A stretch of DNA of 64,000 nt from assembly GCA_023701245.1 (NCBI GenBank), contig JAMPXK010000001.1, positions 23 through 64,022 on the forward strand, in the 5' to 3' direction. The DNA is from Elusimicrobiales bacterium (lineage in GTDB: Bacteria; Elusimicrobiota; Elusimicrobia; Elusimicrobiales; UBA9959). Of the stretch, positions 44,271-51,513 are shown piece by piece. The stretch's first letter is position 1, and every line of letters starts with the position of its first letter. The position numbers and the translations under genes were made by a program. The notes below the pieces were generated by a model. The model saw only the letters and a program-made list of their open reading frames with translations. It was not told where the DNA came from and ran no database searches.

Positions 44271-45339
44271 TCGCGGTTTCTCCGGTGAGGCTGGCGGCCG
44301 CGGCCTTGAGCCGGGCCAGGTCGATATCGTGCAGGCATTCGCGGCCGCCGCATTTAAGGCGCATGCGGGTGCTGGCGTAAGGGTAATCGTAGCAGGGGGC
44401 GCAGGGCAGCTTTGGGCCTACCACGGCGTTGCGCCGCCCGTAAGGGGCTGTCATAGCCGGATTGGAGGGGCCGAACACGGTTACCGACGGCACGCCTACG
44501 GCGGCCGCCAGGTGGCCCAGGCCGGAGTCCGTGTTCACGAACAGCGAACAGCGCTTTATAAGGGCCGCGGCCTGGGTTACCGAGGCGCCGGCGCAGAGCG
44601 CGGGCCGCTGCGCCGCGTTGGCCAGCACGGCCGCGGCTGCCTCTTTTTCGTCGGGGCCGCAGAAAACTATGACTTTCAGGCCGCGGTCGGCGCAAAGCCA
44701 GTCCGCCAGCGCGGCCAGGGTCTTGAGTACGGAGGGGGCCCAGGCCTTATAGATCTGCGCCGGGTTCACCGCCGGGTGCAGGCCGGCCAGCCTGGCGCCG
44801 CCCAGGCCGTTCTCCCGGATGAAGGCCTCCGCGAAAGCTTCGTCTTCGGCCGTCAGCCAGGGCGCCAGGTCCCTGGGCGCCTCCGGGTCCAGGGCCAAAC
44901 CGGCCAGCAGGTCCATGTTGTGTTCCACTTCGTGCTTGTGCGGCTCGGCCGGGATTCTGAGGTTCTGCAGTGCCGCCAGCGTGGCCAGCGGCGCGTGGGC
45001 GTAGGAGTGGGTTATGCGCCTTGGCGCCCCGGTCCAGCGGGCGAGCAGGTTGTACCAGAGCTTGTTGGATGGAAAGGTGGTTATGGACGCGTCGAATTTT
45101 TCCCGGCGCAGGAAAAACAGGAGTTTAAGCGTTTCCGGGAGGAGCGCCGGGCGCGGGTGTCTGAACCCTACTTTTACCGCGCGGACGAAGGGGCAGTTGC
45201 GCAGGGCGTCTTCGCAGGCGCTGTCGGGCACCAGCACGGTAAGGCGGGCGGCGGGCAGGGCGCGGTTGATGGCCCGCAGCAGCGGTATCATCATGAGCGT
45301 GTCGCCCAGGCCCTTGAGGGAAAGTATCAGTATTTTCAT
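44263..45339 (-). CDS. Glycosyltransferase family 9 (heptosyltransferase-like)
   Basis: 358 aa. MKILILSLKGLGDTLM... N-terminus and C-terminal VNTDSGLGHLAAAVGVPSVTVFGP motif typical of GT9. Confidence 0.8.
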   Translation of the reverse strand: MKILILSLKGLGDTLMMIPLLRAINRALPAARLTVLVPDSACEDALRNCPFVRAVKVGFRHPRPALLPETLKLLFFLRREKFDASITTFPSNKLWYNLLARWTGAPRRITHSYAHAPLATLAALQNLRIPAEPHKHEVEHNMDLLAGLALDPEAPRDLAPWLTAEDEAFAEAFIRENGLGGARLAGLHPAVNPAQIYKAWAPSVLKTLAALADWLCADRGLKVIVFCGPDEKEAAAAVLANAAQRPALCAGASVTQAAALIKRCSLFVNTDSGLGHLAAAVGVPSVTVFGPSNPAMTAPYGRRNAVVGPKLPCAPCYDYPYASTRMRLKCGGRECLHDIDLARLKAAAASLTGETANA

Positions 45340-45368
45340 CTTGACCGCAGACTGACGGACCGCGGCGC

Positions 45369-47312
45369 TCAGGCGCCGGCGGGCTTCCTGGCCAGCACGG
45401 CGATGCGCCGCCGCGCCAGCGGGCAGTACGGCAGCAGCGCTTTCTCCAGAAGCGAAAAGACCGGGATATGGGACTCGGCGTAATACGCCTTCTCCGTGGT
45501 GAAGCCCGCCGCGGCCAGGCTGGCCTTGAGGCCTTCCAGCGTCTTGTAATCCACGTGGGCGACGTCCTTGGCGAGGAAAATGTCGTTCTCGCGCAGGATG
45601 GTCAGCAGGCTGTCGCGGCAGTCGGTCCAGATGACCAGGCGGCCGCCGGGTTTAAGCAGGCGCCGGCATTCCGCCAGCATCTTCTCGAAAACTTCCGGGT
45701 AGAGGTGCTCCACCAGGTCGGCGCAGAACACGGTGTCGTAGGCCGCGGAGTCCAGGCCGGTGGCGGAGGCGTCCGCCCTGACGAATTTGACGTTGGGCGC
45801 GGCCAGCCCTTTAAAGGCCCGCTCGCAGAGCTCTATGCTCTTGGCGCTGTAGTCCACGCCGGTTATCTCCCGCACGCGGGAATGCAGAACTTTTTCCATG
45901 GTGCCCCAGCCGCAGCCGAGGTCCAGCACCGCTTCGCCGGGGCCCGGGTCGTAGATGCCGAGTATTTTGGAGATCCGGTAGCGCTGAAAGGGGGTATCGG
46001 GGCTGCCTATCTCCCCGAAGTTCTTTTCGCTGGTGAAGTAATCCGTGCTGTCGTAGAATTCGCGGATCTGCTCCTGCCTGGCGAAATCCCCGCCCGGGCT
46101 TGGGGCCCGCCGGGCCGCCGGGCCAAGGCGCAGGGCGGACAGCCTGGCCAGGGCGTAGGCCGCGAACATTATGATGTAGGGATCGACCGGGACCCGGTAG
46201 CGCAGCGTCACCACGAACAGCATATGCACCAGGGTGTAGAGCAGCAGCAGGCCGATAAGCAGCGAAGTCTTGCGCAGGGCCCCCAGGGACAGGAGGATGC
46301 CGAGGAAACAAAGAGGGATATAAAGGCCGGAGGTGGCCATGGCGGCGTACTTCTGCCATTTGTAGGCCATCATGGGGTAGAGGCGCCAGAAGTGCAGCGC
46401 CCTCAGGTACAGCAGGTAGCTGAAGGTGTCCGGGTTCTCCCGCAGCCATTCCAGGGACTTTTCCCTGCAGTACTTGTCGCGCTCCGGCAGCGGCAGGTTG
46501 GTGACGTAGTCCCAGTCCTTGGGGGAGATCTGGGCTATCTGCGGGGAATCCTGCTCTCCCATCATCTCCACCCTTACGGCGGCGTCGGAACAGGAACCGT
46601 AGAAAGTGTACCAGGGCGTCGAGACCGGCATAACGTAGCCGTCGTGGTGCAGGTAGTTGCGCAAGGTCCAGGGCATGATGGCCAGGGCTGTGAAAAGTCC
46701 CGCGAGGAGCGCCGCTTTGAGCTTGCCGCTCTGCCACCAGAGCCAGCCGCAGGCGAGCAGCAGGAAGGGCAGCGTGGTGGACTTGGTGAGGGCGGTAAAG
46801 CCCATCACCACGCCGGCTGCGGCGAGGTTGGGCAGGGAGGCGCGCTCGCCGGCCCGGGCCAGCGCGTAGACCGCCGCGGACAGGATGAAGGTGAGGAACG
46901 TTTCGCTGAGCAGGTCCCCGGTGTAGGCGATGAAGTAGGGGTAGAAGCTCATCAGCGCCGCCGTGATCCGCGCGGTCCGCCCGTCAAAGAGGCGGCCTGC
47001 GGCCAGGTAGGCCAGCAGCACGGTGGCCGTGCCCAGCAGCACGTTCAGCAGTTTGGCCGCCATCACGGATTTGCCGAAGACCGCGAAGACCCCGGCCAGG
47101 TAGAAGGCGTAGCCGGGCGGGCGCCAGGAGCCGCCGAAACCTTCCCCGGAGGCTATGCGCCAGGCCGTGTTGAGCCAGTCGTAGGCGTCGGGCGAGAGGC
47201 CGCCGGTACCGGTCTTGAGCACCCAGGCCAGCCGCAGCAGCGCGGCCAGGCCCAGCCAGAAAAACAGGAAGTTGCGTTCAACGTCGAACCACGCGGCCAG
47301 TTTCTTGATCAT
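45369..47312 (-). CDS. Fusion: N-terminal GT-C (ArnT/PMT_2-like) membrane glycosyltransferase + C-terminal class I SAM methyltransferase
   Basis: 647 aa. About 380 aa of polytopic membrane domain (SPDAYDW...GYAFYLAG...). Then a cytoplasmic domain with VLDLGCGWG motif I and RLLKPGGRLVIW. Confidence 0.75.
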   Translation of the reverse strand: MIKKLAAWFDVERNFLFFWLGLAALLRLAWVLKTGTGGLSPDAYDWLNTAWRIASGEGFGGSWRPPGYAFYLAGVFAVFGKSVMAAKLLNVLLGTATVLLAYLAAGRLFDGRTARITAALMSFYPYFIAYTGDLLSETFLTFILSAAVYALARAGERASLPNLAAAGVVMGFTALTKSTTLPFLLLACGWLWWQSGKLKAALLAGLFTALAIMPWTLRNYLHHDGYVMPVSTPWYTFYGSCSDAAVRVEMMGEQDSPQIAQISPKDWDYVTNLPLPERDKYCREKSLEWLRENPDTFSYLLYLRALHFWRLYPMMAYKWQKYAAMATSGLYIPLCFLGILLSLGALRKTSLLIGLLLLYTLVHMLFVVTLRYRVPVDPYIIMFAAYALARLSALRLGPAARRAPSPGGDFARQEQIREFYDSTDYFTSEKNFGEIGSPDTPFQRYRISKILGIYDPGPGEAVLDLGCGWGTMEKVLHSRVREITGVDYSAKSIELCERAFKGLAAPNVKFVRADASATGLDSAAYDTVFCADLVEHLYPEVFEKMLAECRRLLKPGGRLVIWTDCRDSLLTILRENDIFLAKDVAHVDYKTLEGLKASLAAAGFTTEKAYYAESHIPVFSLLEKALLPYCPLARRRIAVLARKPAGA

Positions 47313-48005
47313 TCAGGTCCCCGCCGCCCCTCCGCGCCTGCGGGCGAGCACGCAGAGTTCCGTGTAGGCGCTTTTGAAAGGGATGGTCTTCAGGGGCGGG
47401 TCGAAAGAGAGGTTCAGCAGCTTCATGACCGCGCCCTGCGCGCTGAACGGGTCCAGCCCGGTGTACTCCAGCACCTCGTAGCCGGTCGTTCCAAAAAGCG
47501 TCATCAGCCCGCCGTGGGTGTAGGATTTCTCGTAACCGTGGGAGAGCAGACAGAAGAACAGCAGCTGGTGCAGGCGCCACAGGGTGTAGCGGCCGGGAAC
47601 GCAGGTGAGCATAACGCCGCCGTCCTTGAGGAGGCGGCGCATTTCCAGGAGGAAAGGTTTTTCGTCGGGGAAATGTTCCATGAGGCCCGCGCTGTAAATG
47701 AGGTCGAACTTGCCGCTTTCGAAGGGGGAGCGTTCGCAGTCGCCCAGGACCGCGTTGGGGAAATCCGCTTTTACGCGGCTGATGGCTTCCTGGCTGTTGT
47801 CCAGGGCGTAGCAGGTCACGTCCCGGCGGCGCCGCTGCAGCAGGCGCAGGTTATTGGCGGAACCGCAGCCTACCTCAAGTACGTTCTTGGGGCCGGGGGG
47901 GAGGGCGTCCAGGCAGCGGTTGAGCAGCTTGTCGCGCTCCAGCATGAGCCAGGTCTCGGCCTTGGAGGCCTTGTGCCCTTTCCAGAAATCGTCCCAGTCG
48001 TACAT
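47313..48005 (-). CDS. Class I SAM-dependent methyltransferase
   Basis: 230 aa. VLEVGCGSANN motif I, DLIYSAGLMEHF, LLKDGGVM. Confidence 0.8.
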   Translation of the reverse strand: MYDWDDFWKGHKASKAETWLMLERDKLLNRCLDALPPGPKNVLEVGCGSANNLRLLQRRRRDVTCYALDNSQEAISRVKADFPNAVLGDCERSPFESGKFDLIYSAGLMEHFPDEKPFLLEMRRLLKDGGVMLTCVPGRYTLWRLHQLLFFCLLSHGYEKSYTHGGLMTLFGTTGYEVLEYTGLDPFSAQGAVMKLLNLSFDPPLKTIPFKSAYTELCVLARRRGGAAGT

Positions 48006-48020
48006 CGGCCTCTGTTGCGC

Positions 48021-48881
48021 TCAGGCGCGCTTGCGGGTGGAAACCACCACCAGGTCCGCCAGCAGGCCTATCATCACCACGTTGAAGGTGAAGATGAGCA
48101 TCATCATGCCGGTCTGGCTTAAGTGGGAATAGGCGCAGATGTCGAAGGCGCACTTGGCCGCCGAAAGCGCGGCGGAGACGATCGTAAGCGGGATGAAAAT
48201 GCGCAGCGGGTTGAAATACATCACGGTGCGGATGACCAGGCTGATGTAATTATACGTGTCGCGGAACGGCGTGAACGAGGACTTGCCGCCCAGGCGCTTG
48301 TAATAATCCACGGGCACGAACTTCACCGGGTGGTTATTGAAGAGGAAGGACAGGGTGATAGTGCTCTCCCAGGAATGCGAGTCCGGCAGCAGGTAGAAGT
48401 ATTTCAGCGCCACGTCCTTCTTGAACACGCGCAGGCCGCTGTTGAGGTCCGGGATCTCGTGGCGGGTCAGGTAGGCCGCCAGCTGGCGGATAAGGTACTT
48501 GGGCAGCCAGCGGATCCAGGAGGTGTAGACCTTGCTGCCCGTGCGCGCGCCCACCACCATGTCGTATTCTCCCACCAGCCGGGCCAGGCCGGGCATCTCG
48601 TGGTTGGGGTAGGTGCCGTCGCCGTCGGTGGTGGCCACGATGTCGTACTTGGCCTCCATGATGCCGGTCTTGCGCGCGCCGCCCACGCCCTTGTTGCGCT
48701 TGTGCGTTATCACCCGCACGCCCTTGGCGCGGGCCGCATCCCCGGAGCCGTCCGTGGAGGCGTCGTCGATGACCAGCAGCTCGTAGACCAGGCCGGTGCC
48801 TTCGAAGGCTTTGTGGACGGAATCTATGTCGTGGGCTATGGATTCGGCTTCGTTGTAAACGGGAATTATGACGCTTATCAT
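48021..48881 (-). CDS. GT2 polyprenyl-phosphate glycosyltransferase (GtrB/ArnC/Dpm1-like) with C-terminal TM helices
   Basis: 286 aa. ISVIIPVYNE, VIDDASTDGS, TDGDG (DxD). Two C-terminal hydrophobic helices. Confidence 0.8.
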   Translation of the reverse strand: MISVIIPVYNEAESIAHDIDSVHKAFEGTGLVYELLVIDDASTDGSGDAARAKGVRVITHKRNKGVGGARKTGIMEAKYDIVATTDGDGTYPNHEMPGLARLVGEYDMVVGARTGSKVYTSWIRWLPKYLIRQLAAYLTRHEIPDLNSGLRVFKKDVALKYFYLLPDSHSWESTITLSFLFNNHPVKFVPVDYYKRLGGKSSFTPFRDTYNYISLVIRTVMYFNPLRIFIPLTIVSAALSAAKCAFDICAYSHLSQTGMMMLIFTFNVVMIGLLADLVVVSTRKRA

Positions 48882-50599
48882 TATTTTCTCCGGGCTATGT
48901 AATTTTCCAGTATGACGTGATCCAAATGCGAATTGAGCAGGGTGCGGACGGCGTCGTCGGGGGTGTTGACGATGGGGTCGCCGTGCAGGTTGAAGCTGGT
49001 GTTAAGGAAGGCCCCCATGCCGGTCAGGCGCTCGTAGTTCTTGAGGATGCGGTAGTAGCGCGGGTTGGTCTTCTCCTCCACCAGCTGCGGGCGGCAGGAG
49101 AGGTCCATGGGGTGCAGGGCGGACACTATATCCTTCTGGGCCTTTTCCCGGCTGGGGAAAGCCAGGATCATGAACTTGGCCTTGAAGTTGCGGGGGTTGT
49201 CCACGTAGTCCGCCTGGCGCTCGGCCAGCATCGACGGCGCGAAAGGCATCCAGAAGTCGCGCATCTTGATGGCGCGGTTGAGCTTGTTGAGGTTGCCGGG
49301 GTTGGCGGCGTTGGCGATGATGGAGCGGTTGCCCAGGGCGCGCGCGCCCCATTCCATGCGCCCGAAGAAAGTGGCCACGATGTTGTCCTTGGCCACCAGC
49401 TCCGCGATGCGCTCTTCCACGGCCTCCACGCGCTCGTACTCTATAAGGCCGCGCTTCTTGTAATCGGCCAGCACGGTCTCTATTTCCTGCTCGGAATAAG
49501 TCGGGCCGAAATAGGTGTTCTCGAAAGGCTCTATCGGCGCCTTGCCGCCGGCGGCCAGGTAGGTGAGGAAGGCCGCGCCGGCCGCCAGGCTCTCGTCGCC
49601 GCCGGAGGGCATGAAGAAAGCGTCGCTCACTTCCGGCTGCTGGGTGATGAGCATGTTCAGTTTCACGTTCATGAAACAGCCGCCGCCGCAGGCCACGCGG
49701 CTTATGCCGGTCTTCTTTATCCAGGCCTTCACGAAGCCCAGCACCAGCTCCTCGAAATGCTTCTGCAGGCCCCAGGCCACGTAGTCGAAGCGGAGATTGG
49801 CGAAATCGCGGTTGATCCTCTGCAGCAGGGCAGGCCCGAAGGAGGCCTTGTTGATTATGCTGAGCCCGTCGTCGGAGAGGGTCATGTAGCGGCGGAAGAG
49901 CTGGTAGGCCTTTTCGCCGCCGGCGCCGTGGCCGTAGGGGGCCAGGCCCATCACCTTGTATTCGTGGTCCCAGGGGCGCATGCCGAGGTGCATGGTGGCG
50001 CGGGTATAAAGTTCGCCGGGCGCGTGAAAGCTGGGCAGGGAGAAGACGCGTTCCAGTTTGTCGCCTTCGGCTATGCTGACGCTGCCGCCAAGGCCGTCGC
50101 CGGAACCGTCGAGGGTTATCACCAGGGACTTCTGGCCGTCGGCCCTGAAGCCGGAGGCGAAATAGGCCGCCGCGACATGCGCCGGGTGATGCTCTACCAC
50201 GCGCAGTTTATCCTTGCTGATGCCGTACTTGGCGAAAAATTTGTCGGATTCGGAGAAGTCCCGGAATTTGCTGAAGAACTTCATGTAGGGCGCCACCCAC
50301 AGGCGCGACCCCATCACCATGGCGGGCAGGTGCCTGACCAGGGAAAAGAACACTCCGCGGCGTACGGACGGCTCGGCTATCTCGGAAGTGGGCTGTACGA
50401 TGCCGGCCAAGGCTACCAGGTCTATGTCCCTGGGGTCGGTTTTGGTGCTGGCCAGCAGCCATTCTATCGTCAGCCAGGGGAAACCGCCGCAGTTCTTGCG
50501 CTTGTTGAAGCGCTCCTCGCTGGCCATGCCGAGCAGCTTCCCGTCCTCGAAAAGGCAGGCGGTGGCGAGGTGGCCTTCGTGTATGCCGAGTATTTTCAT
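48881..50599 (-). CDS. Carbamoyltransferase, NodU/CmcH family
   Basis: 572 aa. N-terminus MKILGIHEGHLATACLFEDGKLLGMASEERFNKRK is typical of the family. C-terminal LNTSFNLHGDPIV. Confidence 0.85.
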   Translation of the reverse strand: MKILGIHEGHLATACLFEDGKLLGMASEERFNKRKNCGGFPWLTIEWLLASTKTDPRDIDLVALAGIVQPTSEIAEPSVRRGVFFSLVRHLPAMVMGSRLWVAPYMKFFSKFRDFSESDKFFAKYGISKDKLRVVEHHPAHVAAAYFASGFRADGQKSLVITLDGSGDGLGGSVSIAEGDKLERVFSLPSFHAPGELYTRATMHLGMRPWDHEYKVMGLAPYGHGAGGEKAYQLFRRYMTLSDDGLSIINKASFGPALLQRINRDFANLRFDYVAWGLQKHFEELVLGFVKAWIKKTGISRVACGGGCFMNVKLNMLITQQPEVSDAFFMPSGGDESLAAGAAFLTYLAAGGKAPIEPFENTYFGPTYSEQEIETVLADYKKRGLIEYERVEAVEERIAELVAKDNIVATFFGRMEWGARALGNRSIIANAANPGNLNKLNRAIKMRDFWMPFAPSMLAERQADYVDNPRNFKAKFMILAFPSREKAQKDIVSALHPMDLSCRPQLVEEKTNPRYYRILKNYERLTGMGAFLNTSFNLHGDPIVNTPDDAVRTLLNSHLDHVILENYIARRK

Positions 50600-50624
50600 G
50601 GTCTGTCCTCAAAAAACTTATCCT

Positions 50625-50641
50625 AATTATATAATTAAAGG
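50625..50641. promoter_or_regulatory. Palindromic AT box AATTATATAATT + AAAGG in a divergent control region
   Basis: The 12-bp perfect palindrome contains TATAAT on both strands. On the minus strand it sits 26 nt upstream of the carbamoyltransferase ATG, with GAGGA SD in between. The 15-mer is identical to 30670-30684. Confidence 0.45.
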
Positions 50642-50784
50642 CCCCGCCAGAAGAAGACCGTGCCGGAACAAAGGGCCTAGCCCTTGCTGGGCCAAAAGAG
50701 GCCGGAGCGGGGGGCTTTGGGCTCATTCGCCCGCGGCGGCTTTTTTGTTCTAATAGTGATGAAATGAACTTAAGGAGAGTTGTA

Positions 50785-51450
50785 ATGGCTACCGTTAAGG
50801 CCGTCCCCGCCCTGCTGCTGCTCTTTCTGGGCAATGCCCTGGCATTCGACCTGCCCGGCCTGGAGAAAGGCCCGGCCCCTTCCCGCCTGCCCGAAGTCGG
50901 CCAGCCCGCCTCGGCTTACGGGGAAGAAGCCGGCCTGGCCGCCCTGCGCGCAGAGGCCGCGGCGGACCCCGTGAAATTCCTGGACGAACATTCCCCCGCC
51001 GAGATCGGCCTGGCCTATGGCCTGCCGCCGGTCAGCCGCTTCCGCATAGATAATGAAGCGGCCGCGAAAGCTTCCGTGCGGCTCATAGTGAACCTGACTG
51101 ACCAGCGGCTGCTGGTGCTCTCCCCGGAGTTTAAGGGGCTTTTCAAGATCTCCAGCGGCCTGGGCCCCGACAATATCACTCCCGGCAGCGGCCGTTGCTA
51201 TGCGCCGGACTTCATCGAGGAAATGCATTACTCCAGCCTTTACAACAAAGCGCCCATGCCCAATTCCATCTTCTTCAACGGCAATATCGCCATGCACGGG
51301 ACCAACGCCGAGCAGCTGCTGGGCCAGCCGGCCTCGCACGGCTGCGTGCGGCTCTCCAAGGCCGACGCCAAGGCCGTCTACGACGCGGTCAAAGCCCACG
51401 GCAAAAGCAACGCCAGCATCTGCGTTACCGGCACGACCCCCGCCAGGTAG
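50785..51450 (+). CDS. L,D-transpeptidase (YkuD domain)
   Basis: ATG at 50785 is preceded by AAGGAGAG. Signal peptide MATVKAVPALLLLFLGNALA. Catalytic HGT...ASHGCVRL. Confidence 0.85.
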   Translation: MATVKAVPALLLLFLGNALAFDLPGLEKGPAPSRLPEVGQPASAYGEEAGLAALRAEAAADPVKFLDEHSPAEIGLAYGLPPVSRFRIDNEAAAKASVRLIVNLTDQRLLVLSPEFKGLFKISSGLGPDNITPGSGRCYAPDFIEEMHYSSLYNKAPMPNSIFFNGNIAMHGTNAEQLLGQPASHGCVRLSKADAKAVYDAVKAHGKSNASICVTGTTPAR

Positions 51451-51468
51451 AAAAACGCGCGCCAAAGA

Positions 51469-51503
51469 GAAGGGCCGGCGTCGAGCCGGCCCTTCGCTTT
51501 TTT
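51469..51503. terminator. Bidirectional rho-independent terminator between convergent genes
   Basis: 11-bp perfect stem GAAGGGCCGGC (51469-51479) / GCCGGCCCTTC (51485-51495) followed by GCTTTTTT. A weaker T-rich tract is present on the other strand. Confidence 0.8.
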
Positions 51504-51513
51504 CCGCCGCCGG

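Noticed and set aside
45468-48122. 884-aa plus-strand ORF spanning three minus-strand genes
   Set aside because: It crosses gene boundaries of three well-supported minus-strand CDS and has an Arg/Gly/Ala/Val-rich junk composition; an antisense artefact. The same reasoning was applied to 22020-24017(-), 35621-37219(-), 37020-38429(-), 42666-44288(+), 48917-50626(+), 52090-53928(+), 55055-56446(-), 60392-62305(+), 62654-63955(+), 12503-13945(-), 14315-15526(-), 25541-27322(+) and 28625-29881(+).
50208-50834. 208-aa minus-strand ORF across the 50.6-50.8 kb spacer
   Set aside because: It overlaps the carbamoyltransferase 5' end in another frame and the promoter island. It has an Arg/Pro-rich composition and no SD.
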